This document shows positions 38,875-48,300 of a stretch of 64,000 bases of DNA, piece by piece. The notes beneath the pieces were generated by a model. The model saw only the letters and a list, made by a program, of their open reading frames with translations, was not told the DNA's origin and ran no database searches. The stretch is from IMG/VR virus record IMGVR_UViG_3300045971_000354, positions 64,001-128,000 of that record; one strand, written 5' to 3'. The stretch is from a virus. Positions within the stretch are counted from its first letter, which is position 1. Each line of letters begins with the position of its first letter. Both the position numbers and the translations under genes were made by a program.

Positions 38875-41544
38875 TTATTCAAAGTCAAATAAATTTCCAA
38901 AGTTATTGTCTTGCGTAGTTGAGTCCAAGTCCCATTCTAGCACCCCAATAAGATTTTCTAGTTTGTTGTTGATAATAGTAGTTTCCATTTCAGAATGCTC
39001 AAACGGAAGATCTTGAAACCACTTTGGTAAGCGTAATTCATCAACCGGATACGCAACACTGCTATATCCCAACGGATTTTCTTTCATCTTGCAAACAATA
39101 ACTTTCATACCGTCTACAATATTAACGGAGTATTTGTCTCCGTTCATACGCTTCAATGTATTCCAATTGATTGATGCTCTAACGTGCCCTGGCATATTTG
39201 CCTTGCCGTATTTCTTTTCCTTTGCTTCGTATTCTGCAATATTATTTGCGCGTTTTGGACTACCTTTTTCCCAACCTGGCCGCGCCTTAAACTCTGTTCG
39301 GAATACTGAAATCATTTCTAGAATCTCTTTTTCTTCGGTACCGTTGAGTACCTTTGTTAGAATTTCTTCAAGGAATTTCTGCATAAACTCAGGAGTATCA
39401 CTGCGCTTTAAGTCAAGCCCCATCGCTTTAATCTTACCGGGCTTATCACCGGTGTCTTGTCGTTTGCCGTCCTTATCGTAGTACAAAACCGCATATCGCT
39501 TCTTAGTAATGAATAAGCCCTTAATAGCAACTATTTCTCGTCCTGCTTTAATAACTTCGCCGCGCGTTTTTGGGCAATGAAAGTCATCTAGCATGAATTG
39601 CGGGAATGTTGCATTTACTTCGTCGGCAATCTGATCATACAGTTGGATAACGGTATCTTTATTCCACGGAATTAATCCCTTCTGAATGTCTTTCTTCAAT
39701 GTATTGTATGCGCTGAAGTAAACAGAGTCAGTATCACCGTAGATTACGCTCTTTCCTATGTAATCGTAGTCGCCTGTAATGTATTCATTTACTTTGCCGG
39801 CCATATGACGAGCAATGCGTCGCCCTGTGAGGGTGGTTGATTGACCAATTCGATTGTCGAAAAAACGACAACCAGCATTAAGAATAGCACCATACAGTGA
39901 GTTAAGGTTAATTTTCTTAACCAGCTGGCGCTTGTCCCAATACTCTTCTTCAATTTTGTTGCCGGCATTAATTGCATCCTTTAGTTTTGCTTGCATTTCT
40001 TTACGTTCTTTGTACCAACGCTTTAGCAAGCCCGGAATAATTCCTTCTTTTGCGTATGTAAAAATAGTTCCGTTTGCACTTAGCATCCACGGCTGATTAC
40101 TTTCAAATATCATTTCGAATATTTGTGCACCACTTAGTACATCGGTACTTCCATCTTCCCAATCAACAATAATATCGTGTGATTTATCTTGATCCATAAC
40201 AAATTCGTATTCGTTACTACCGAATTTCCCTTCCCACGCAGCGGCAAACGAATTTCCCTTCGCTATCTTTGCATCAATTTCTACTTTTGTGTACTCGGGA
40301 CGTAATTGTCCGACAATTGTTTCGGGTCCCATGTTTAATGCACGAATTGCAGATGGATACAGAGAGTTAATATCCATTGATCCGATCCAATCGTGGATAC
40401 CTTTCTTCGGATACGCAACATATGCACCTGCGGCCTGCGAATCTACTTCGCTATCACGACTACGCCGACTTGGAACAATAAGACCTTTTGCGTGGGCTTC
40501 GTTAATAATCGCTTGCTCAGTAACAGCAACAGCACCCATCGTTGTTTGAATCAACACAGTGTTTTCGTGCGCTACTGTATTTGCAAGGTCGATAAACTTT
40601 AGCTTACGGTCTAACTTTTCTAACAGCATTGTATCTTGTCGATTATATTCAATAAACTTTTTAAAGTCGTTGTTATATAATTGATCAAGTGTGCCTTCGT
40701 ATGCTGTCTTATGTTCCCCTAGCTCGTATTCTGCAATAGCATCGAGTCTAAAACTATGACGTTCTTCATATGTGTACTTACGATACAGTTCCAAACTATC
40801 TACGTGAACGCGACCGATCAAGTCGTATGTTACCGCAGCTTTACCGTACTTTTCGTATTCGCGTTTCTTAGGGAATTGATTCCATAAGCACAATCTGCGA
40901 GTGTCGTCTTTACTCAACGCCTTGATAACGCGATTAACAGTGTACGGCATATCGAAGCCTTCGCTGTTCCAACCACTCATCACATCTGCATCTTCAATAA
41001 GATTCAAAAACATATCAAGCATTTCTGCTTCTGTTTCGTACAAGATTGTGTTTGGAAACTCTTTAACTGCGTCCTTTGCCTGCGCCATTGTTATTGTCTT
41101 TGGAGGTACTGCTAAACATACCAGTGTTTCTAACCATTGTAGATACACTGCGATTGCAGTAATGGGCATGAATGCATCTTCAGGACTTGCGTATCCACGT
41201 TCGGGATCGAAGTCTACCTCAATGTCCCAAAAAGCTACATTTAGTTTTGGGGAGTCTTTACCTAGATAGTTTTCTTCCAATACACGAAATACTGGATTAA
41301 TGTCGCTTTCGAATAGTTTTCGATCGCCGTGTATTTTTAGTTCTTTTGCATGTTCTTTCCAACTTTTGCTTACTACTCTGCTTAGTTGGTCACCAAATAG
41401 ACTTGTATACTTTCCCTTCTTATCGGGCTGGTAAAACATATACTTTGCCGGAAACTGCTGGTATACTCGATTACCTTTTACATCGCGTTCGACGACAGAT
41501 ACGATATCTGTCTCGCGGTCCCACCGTGCATCTACATAACTCAT
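38875..41544 (-). CDS. Family B DNA polymerase (gp43-like)
   Basis: Exo DIEV, GWNSEGFD, YNRQD; Pol DINSLYPS, KINLNSLYG, YGDTDS, KKRY. Confidence 0.97.
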   Translation of the reverse strand: MSYVDARWDRETDIVSVVERDVKGNRVYQQFPAKYMFYQPDKKGKYTSLFGDQLSRVVSKSWKEHAKELKIHGDRKLFESDINPVFRVLEENYLGKDSPKLNVAFWDIEVDFDPERGYASPEDAFMPITAIAVYLQWLETLVCLAVPPKTITMAQAKDAVKEFPNTILYETEAEMLDMFLNLIEDADVMSGWNSEGFDMPYTVNRVIKALSKDDTRRLCLWNQFPKKREYEKYGKAAVTYDLIGRVHVDSLELYRKYTYEERHSFRLDAIAEYELGEHKTAYEGTLDQLYNNDFKKFIEYNRQDTMLLEKLDRKLKFIDLANTVAHENTVLIQTTMGAVAVTEQAIINEAHAKGLIVPSRRSRDSEVDSQAAGAYVAYPKKGIHDWIGSMDINSLYPSAIRALNMGPETIVGQLRPEYTKVEIDAKIAKGNSFAAAWEGKFGSNEYEFVMDQDKSHDIIVDWEDGSTDVLSGAQIFEMIFESNQPWMLSANGTIFTYAKEGIIPGLLKRWYKERKEMQAKLKDAINAGNKIEEEYWDKRQLVKKINLNSLYGAILNAGCRFFDNRIGQSTTLTGRRIARHMAGKVNEYITGDYDYIGKSVIYGDTDSVYFSAYNTLKKDIQKGLIPWNKDTVIQLYDQIADEVNATFPQFMLDDFHCPKTRGEVIKAGREIVAIKGLFITKKRYAVLYYDKDGKRQDTGDKPGKIKAMGLDLKRSDTPEFMQKFLEEILTKVLNGTEEKEILEMISVFRTEFKARPGWEKGSPKRANNIAEYEAKEKKYGKANMPGHVRASINWNTLKRMNGDKYSVNIVDGMKVIVCKMKENPLGYSSVAYPVDELRLPKWFQDLPFEHSEMETTIINNKLENLIGVLEWDLDSTTQDNNFGNLFDFE

Positions 41545-41550
41545 TATTAT

Positions 41551-41625
41551 TCTCCATACCGCTTATGGCCGGCAACCTTCTATATAGCGAATTATGGCTC
41601 GCTGAACCTTTCTCTTAACTATTTA
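41551..41625 (-). promoter_or_regulatory. Tandem hairpin leader (putative translational operator) of DNA polymerase
   Basis: Two units AAGGTT-stem-GCCATAA(T/G)-stem immediately before SD GGAGA; TAAATA at 41620-41625. Confidence 0.6.
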
Positions 41626-41905
41626 TTAGTCGAACTAACGCAAGTGAATCAATACTGACTAGCAGTAAGTAGTTTGCCATCATTCCTGTACTTCTTCGTG
41701 TCCACGCCGCCCACCCAAATATTGCACATTGAGTCATGAATAATGGATACAAAATTAGGAAAGGCGGATTCGGAACTGTTAAGGCCATTGTAATGCTACA
41801 CGCAATACTCATTGCCCATGCAACTATTTCAAGAGAAAATCTTAACGGGTATGCTTTGAAGTCTTCTGTAATCCACTTCCGTGTATACGTAAAGAAATCT
41901 GCCAT
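41615..41905 (-). CDS. Small multi-pass membrane protein
   Basis: Three hydrophobic segments. Confidence 0.65.
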   Translation of the reverse strand: MADFFTYTRKWITEDFKAYPLRFSLEIVAWAMSIACSITMALTVPNPPFLILYPLFMTQCAIFGWAAWTRRSTGMMANYLLLVSIDSLALVRLINS

Positions 41906-42174
41906 TAATCTTCTTTCTTAAAGCTGTGGCCGCTAATATCTACAATAGTTTCAAGGTCGTCAAACTCACGGAATACTTGATCCCATTGATCTTTTTGTGC
42001 AATACGAATTGCTTTCTTAATGACACTAGGCTTTACTTCCAGTTCTTCTGCTACTGCTTTGATGGTATCATTAAGACCTTCAGTAAGGTCGGCTATTTCG
42101 GTCATTACGGTTACACCTTCGGAAATGATTTGCTTAATCTTTGCCTGTTCGGGCGCACCAAATACTTTACTCAT
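41905..42174 (-). CDS. T4 DsbA-like dsDNA-binding protein
   Basis: 89 aa; K..I.E......I......D.IK.VAEELEV....IKKAIRIA.K pattern resembles DsbA; SD AGGAGA. Confidence 0.6.
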   Translation of the reverse strand: MSKVFGAPEQAKIKQIISEGVTVMTEIADLTEGLNDTIKAVAEELEVKPSVIKKAIRIAQKDQWDQVFREFDDLETIVDISGHSFKKED

Positions 42175-42237
42175 ATAAATTCTCCTGTTAATGTTATATT
42201 GTATAGTATTTTCTTATGAAACACAACCCATCTGACA

Positions 42238-42307
42238 TAAATAAAAGTGTAGTTCGCGCACCTCGACAATGCCAACTACTCTAACAGTTTATAAGGAACT
42301 ATCAGCA
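42238..42307 (+). promoter_or_regulatory. Late promoter and structured leader of HNH gene
   Basis: TAAATA, then GTAGTT...AACTAC stem and AGTT-tataagg-AACT hairpin over the SD. Confidence 0.5.
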
Positions 42308-42901
42308 ATGATATTTATTGATAACAAATATACCCGTCGGTATAATTTAATTATTTTATCTGCTCAAAACAGAGTATTAATCGGTTACAAAGAAAAGCAT
42401 CACATTATTCCGAAATCTATCGGAGGTACTGATTCCAAAATTAACATAGTAGAATTAACGGCAAGGGAACATTTTATATGCCATCTTTTATTACGAAAAA
42501 TGGTAATCGGTAACGACAAAAGTAAAATGGCGCTTGCCGCATTTATGCTTACTACGGCATCATCTACTCAACAACGTTATAAAATAACAAATCGACGATA
42601 CGAGATTCTTAAGAAAGAATTTTCCGAAGCAAAGAAAAATAACCCCTCTCCTAAGAAAGGAAAAAAGATTACCGATCCTATTCAACTTGCTGCTATTAAG
42701 GCAGCAGTATTAAAGAGAGAAGAACGATATAAGTCAGGCGAGATGGTTAGGACAGTTGGCAAATATATAAGAACAGAAGAACATCGTACTCAACACGCAG
42801 AGGCTATAAAATCTCGACCTAATTTTACTACAAAGAATTATAAACATACTGACGCTACTAAAAAGAAAATAGGTCTAGCAAACACTAAACCTACTTCTTA
42901 A
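42308..42901 (+). mobile_element. Free-standing HNH homing endonuclease (inverted relative to neighbours)
   Basis: EKHHIIPKSIGG.D...N.V.LTAREHF.CH.LL; NUMOD3-like HTDATKKKIG. Confidence 0.85.
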
Positions 42902-42902
42902 T

Positions 42903-43742
42903 TTATTTTTTCTTTGCTGCTAAAGTTTCGATTAAGACATTTTCCAACCAAACTTCGTAGGATTCTTTCATCTTTCTTCTTCGCAATGGGTCAACAGCTT
43001 CTTTCTGAGCAGCTTTTTGTTTCTTTTTGTAATCAGCACTTGCTTTATCTGCGGCTACTTCTTTCTTAGAAGGTTTACCTTTTTGCAACTTAGGATCATA
43101 CAACGGCCCATTCCAATCGTTAGCTTCGCCTAAGCCGCGCTTTTTCATTTCACGATCGACTACTCGATTTTGTAATGCTTGTGGGCTGTGTGGTTCTGCT
43201 GGACCATCGACATCCTTGTATATTTTGCCCTTAAGATCTAAGTTCTTAATTGTTTTGTCATCGTGGCCTTTGTTACGCTTGACAATTTCGCCAGGCTTTC
43301 CTTGAGCTCCGCCCCAACCTTGCATACCACGCTTCACTTGCTTCACGCCACGCTTGATTGTATCGCCAATTCCTTCTTCTTGACTTCCGCCCTCTGGAAG
43401 ACCACCGTGCTTTACTTTGCTCCACTTTTGATCAGATCCTTGTGGAGTCATTACCGGACCTTCTGCCACTGTGCTACGATCGCACGTATTTCTCTTGCTG
43501 CAAGTACTGCATTCACATGTTTTAGTGGCACAAGATCTACCTTCTTCGAGTTGTCTTGCTAATTCAATTTGCAAGCTTTCTGCATATTCTTTATTCTTAT
43601 GCTTTACATCGCCTTGCTTTAATGCTTTCTTCTTATCTTTATGAGCACCAGCCGCTCCACTTTTTGCTTTTGCAGCCATAACTTGCTGATTAGGATTTCT
43701 GGGTTTCAGAGAAGGAATTTCGATTTTATTTTTGTTGCTCAT
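42903..43742 (-). CDS. Basic low-complexity protein, probable head-internal protein
   Basis: Start MSNKNK; Lys-rich segments separated by YAE|S, LEE|G, VAE|G, QEE|G, LGE|A, MKE|S. Confidence 0.6.
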   Translation of the reverse strand: MSNKNKIEIPSLKPRNPNQQVMAAKAKSGAAGAHKDKKKALKQGDVKHKNKEYAESLQIELARQLEEGRSCATKTCECSTCSKRNTCDRSTVAEGPVMTPQGSDQKWSKVKHGGLPEGGSQEEGIGDTIKRGVKQVKRGMQGWGGAQGKPGEIVKRNKGHDDKTIKNLDLKGKIYKDVDGPAEPHSPQALQNRVVDREMKKRGLGEANDWNGPLYDPKLQKGKPSKKEVAADKASADYKKKQKAAQKEAVDPLRRRKMKESYEVWLENVLIETLAAKKK

Positions 43743-44460
43743 TTGGCACCTTTTTACAATTATCAAAGTGATATTTTATCATATTATTTAGTCCACCTTC
43801 TTTGTCACAATGCGGACAGATTACACGTTTTTGAGGACCTGCCTTTTTACCTCGCACCGGGTTGTCTGATCTCAATTTTATTTCACTCATTAATTTTTTT
43901 GTTTCGTCTGAATGTTTTTTTCCTAAATTTGGCGGATTGAATTTTTGTGTTTCTTTTCGTTTAAGCTTAGTAGCTTCTGATTGCTTGTGACCAGTTTTTC
44001 TTGCTAACTTATTTTTATTAGCTATATCCGGATCTGGATGATTTTTGCAGTTATCGAAGTGATACCGAGATAACGCATTTCTTCCACCTTCTTTGTTACA
44101 ATGCGGGCAAGATATAATGCTGTGCGGTTTTTTGTTAACGATTTTAAATCGCTCGCCGGTAAGTTGACCGACCCGGCGCCTTATCCATCCGAACGATTTG
44201 TTGTTTGATCGATTACCTGCAGGATCAAAACACATAAGATGTGCAGCGTATACTAGCTTGGGGTCGCTGGGATAGATTTTGACTAATAGTTGATGAGCTA
44301 GGAAATGCTCTTCGGCAGTTAATTTGACTAAATTTGTTTTGCAGTTAGTTCCACCTACACACCGAGGAATAATGTGATGGTTTTCGGAATACACGTTAAC
44401 TGGCAATATTCGGATACGTGCGCGATCTATGAGGAGAGTGTAGTGCTTTTTATAATTCAT
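43726..44460 (-). mobile_element. Free-standing HNH homing endonuclease with CPHC zinc-finger and NUMOD3 repeats
   Basis: ENHHIIPRC.GG....NLV.LTAEEHF.AH.LL; two CPHC.KEGG...YHFDNCK; HSDETKKLMS. Confidence 0.85.
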
Positions 44461-44461
44461 A

Positions 44462-44484
44462 AAATAAGTTATTAAACTTATTTA
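44462..44484 (-). promoter_or_regulatory. Late promoter overlapping a perfect 9-bp inverted repeat at the HNH start
   Basis: AAATAAGTT-atta-AACTTATTT; TAAATA at 44479-44484. Confidence 0.5.
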
Positions 44485-44508
44485 TCTTATTGCGACAAAG
44501 GTGCGGAG

Positions 44509-44682
44509 TTATCTCTTTATTACGTTGGTAGGTTTTTTCTTCTTTGCTTTGCTACTCGTTGCCCCTGGGCCACCATTTAAAAATCCGTTTCCGTAGGCGC
44601 CTGTTGCAACGTTGCTTGCAATATTTGCAGATGAGATAGCTCCTTCACTTGCGGATTCTTTGAATAGTTCTTTTATTTTCAT
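44509..44682 (-). CDS. 57-aa probable internal head protein (not in ORF track)
   Basis: MKIKELFKE|SASEGAISSANIA...KAKKKKPTNVIKR; ATGA overlap with upstream gene. Confidence 0.7.
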   Translation of the reverse strand: MKIKELFKESASEGAISSANIASNVATGAYGNGFLNGGPGATSSKAKKKKPTNVIKR

Positions 44683-45062
44683 TTCTTACTCTTCTTCATC
44701 CAATTTGGAGTTGGACTATGCTTGTGTGTATCTTCGGGCTCGGAACTTTTAGACCAAGGTGTAACTCGTTTATGATCAGACGGTACAGTATTATACGCTG
44801 CCTGCATCATATTATCTTCTTCTTTTGTATAAGGATGTGTTGTATTATATTTTTCTACCCAACTCGACGCATCTACACCATCAATTTTTTTAGTGTCTTG
44901 ACCATGCGCCATTGCAACAGCCATTCCTATTCTATTCATATGATATATACGATCGTACCCACCGGTATCACGTGCACGGGACACGCCCTTCTGCACCGCA
45001 ACATGGTGGTCATGCATCTTTCCCTCGGGAGCGGTTTCTACAATAAGTTCTTTAATCTTCAT
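44679..45062 (-). CDS. Probable internal head protein
   Basis: N-terminus MKIKELIVE resembles the T4 capsid-targeting sequence. Confidence 0.65.
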   Translation of the reverse strand: MKIKELIVETAPEGKMHDHHVAVQKGVSRARDTGGYDRIYHMNRIGMAVAMAHGQDTKKIDGVDASSWVEKYNTTHPYTKEEDNMMQAAYNTVPSDHKRVTPWSKSSEPEDTHKHSPTPNWMKKSKK

Positions 45063-45346
45063 ACTGGTTTTTCACCTGTTAGTCCCGGTCTACTAAACCA
45101 AAGTTTGATGTATTCATCAGATCCTGGCTTAATATTATGTTGACGCATGAGTTCAACCTTGCTTACTTCATTAGTTGTATTTATAGGTTTTTGTTTAGCC
45201 TTGTATTCTGCAAGTCTTGCTTCAGCACCTAACCCGCCCATTAACTGGCCAATTTTTAGTTCGTGTATAGGATCATCGGGAGCAAGATAACAATCGTCGT
45301 CGCTATCTTTGCTTAGGTTATCACTAGTTATGTAGTATTGCTTCAT
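45059..45346 (-). CDS. Hypothetical protein
   Basis: 95 aa, ATGA coupling both sides. Confidence 0.65.
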   Translation of the reverse strand: MKQYYITSDNLSKDSDDDCYLAPDDPIHELKIGQLMGGLGAEARLAEYKAKQKPINTTNEVSKVELMRQHNIKPGSDEYIKLWFSRPGLTGEKPV

Positions 45347-48300
45347 TTCTGCTTTAGTTGTTCTAGTAAGCTAGCGATTTGAGTTTCCCATCCTTCGCCA
45401 ATTTTAACACCTTTTGACTCTACGCTTTCTGCACCTACTAAGTCACCTGCTTTTGCCCCACGCTTCTGATTGCGTAGTTGTCCAGCTGTTCCTAGCTTGT
45501 TCTTATCAGATCCGGAAAATGCACTCTTAGGTAGCATTGCTTCGGATTTTTTACCAGTAGCAGCATCGTGTCTAGCTTGCATTTTAGCAGTAAATGCAGG
45601 AGTTGCTGTTGACTTACTTTTCGTGATATGTGGACTATTCTTTTGAGTATTGCCCGGTAGCGATCTAGTCATTACTCCCGTTGCTGCTGCAATTGGAAAT
45701 GATTCGGTTTTCTTTGGCTCTTCCTTTTTAGGAATGCTCGACGGAATAACAGAACGTGATTGACGTGCTGCTGTCTTACCTTGCGAGTTTTGTACTGCTT
45801 TTGCTAATCTCAGTTTAGCAGAAGTTGACTCTGCTATATTTTCTGATATACTTTTTCGAATAGTAATATCATTTGGTTTAGATAACATTAACATAGATAG
45901 TGCTTTATCAAGAGAAGTTGCATCAGGAAAAAACGCCGAAGTCATTATTAAATTACCATTATACGATGCAAGAGGTTGTCGTGGCCATACATCTTCTGGA
46001 TCATTGTTAAATTCTAATTGTATTATTTTTTTGTCAGTTGGCTCTCTATAAATCTTTGTAATTTGTTTAGGAGTTCTGAATCCGAATAATTCTGCGTTAT
46101 CTTGTGATAATTGTAAGTTTAAAATAGATACTGATGTCCCTACATTAATCTGCATATTTTTACGCTGATCTAATTTTTTAAATGTTTCTAGAAATTGTTT
46201 TCCCGAATCTACTACTTTCGAAATACCTTCGAACACAGCTGAACTTAGCCGCGTAAAATGTGTGTGTGGCCCAATTGGCACTCCGCATTTTCTCATCTCC
46301 GGAATAAGCGATTTTTGGACATAATTAACAATTTCGTCTACAGTTAATTCTTTTACATAGAATGCAGTATACGATTCGGCCATTCTAGGATCGCCTTTTA
46401 ATTTTAATGCAGCATCTACTTGCTTTGCGTGTATCTTTTCTTCAGCACTTCGCTTTCCATTTACTCTATTAATACCTTTTCGTAATGAAGTAGGAGCAGG
46501 AGAATCTTTAAGATCCTTCTTGTACTTCAGTAGCTTATCAATAGTAAGTTCGGATATCTTACCTTCACCCATTGGCACTTTAACTCCGCGCTTCTGTAAT
46601 TCTGCTTGCAACGCTTGCAGCTTGTTTGGTGCACGGGCAATAGCATTGCGAATATCGCCTGCTATCTTGCTAGGTAATTTACTTAACACATCATTTACGA
46701 TCTGTTCAGCGTGACCTGCTTGTTGTCCGATGGCTGGATTCTTAGGAGACTTTGCTACCGGCTCGTCGTCATAATCATCCTCTTCTCCGGATGCTTCTAA
46801 CTCGCTTAGATAATTTCTAAAGTCTTGTTTCGCTTTAATCCACAACTGTGCCTTGCGAGCTAATTCTTGATCGCCGATCTTCTGTCCCATTTGTGCAAGA
46901 ATTTCGGGTAACTGATCTGCTAGTGCACTAAAGTTTTTAGGAAGTGTTCCTAGAAAATCATTTAACGGTGCAGCATGTCTCGGACTTTGTTGCGCCAAGT
47001 GGCGTAATTCTTTACCTAACTTGTTAAAGTAAAAATTATTGTACCAACGAGATGCAGCACCAGCGGCAACCATTTGAAATCCTTTTAGATCTCCTTTACT
47101 TGCATAAAACTGTTTTGCCATCTGTTTCATTGTTGCATACAATTGAAGAACTGGCTCCCCGATATCATTTGAAATTGCGCGAAGTGTAGATTTTAATTCT
47201 GGACCCTCATCGACAATATAGTTACCTATTCCAACTCCTGCCATCCTGTCTTGGTATTCTTTCACGGTATGAGTTATTATTTTATTTTTCAATGACCACT
47301 CGCTGAATTTTAGCCCTAACATTGTTTTAAATTTTTCTAGGTCGTTGATTGTTGGAAAAAATAATACAGTTTTGAGTAAGTCGCCTTCTACTGAATTACC
47401 TTCTGGAAATTGTTTCTTAACACCGTTTATTTCAAAAATTACCTTACCAGAAGTATACCTAAGTAATTTATATGGTTGATCAAAATGTGCAACACTTAAT
47501 AGGTGTGCAGGCAACATTGAAGTTATCGAAGTGTATACATACGATTTGCCTACTATCGGAGCATTACTATATATTTTTAAGAAATTTTGTAAATTTTTGT
47601 AATCGGCGCTGTTTTCAAATAACTTAGGAGTTTTTAGTAGTTCTTGTCGTAGGTCCTCTTCTTGCTCTTCCCATATTGGCTCTAATGGAATATTATCAAA
47701 ATCTTCAGAAATAATTGCCTGGAAATTAGTTAAGTGCGGCATAGTTAGCGCATTAAACAATCGCATCTCTGCAACTGGTGATCCTGCTGGTGTTACTGCC
47801 GGAGCAGCAGGCGCCGCAGGCTGTTGCGGAATATCTTGTACTCCCATCCCTTTCTTTGTTAGGTCCATTAAGTGCTTAATCCAATCAGCCCCTAACTTTT
47901 TAATATCAAATCCTTGGCTCCACACTTGAAATTGTTGCTCAGGAGTTGCATTTGGATCTTTTAAAATATTGCGAAGCTTAGTAAAGCTCATTCCAGTTCC
48001 GCGAGGTGTAACTTCTAAACTAACCTTGACATGTTCGTATCCTTGGAACTTATTAACAGCTTTCATTAATGCATTAGCAATGTTCATATTAGCGCGGTCT
48101 TCACCCACCATAATAATAATGTTGTCGTATCTTGGCGGCTTGCCCGGCAATGGATTAATTAACTCATGCTTGATTTTTTGTATTAACGATCCGCTATCTT
48201 GTACCGTACTAATATTGCTTGCATACTGTGGATACATTTTATGCCAGGTCTGTACTTTAACCGCTGGCGGAATAGGATCGTCTTTGCCTTCTGCATTTCC

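Noticed and set aside
38875-41544. Intein or intron in DNA polymerase
   Set aside because: 889 aa with all motifs contiguous; no splice motifs or frame break
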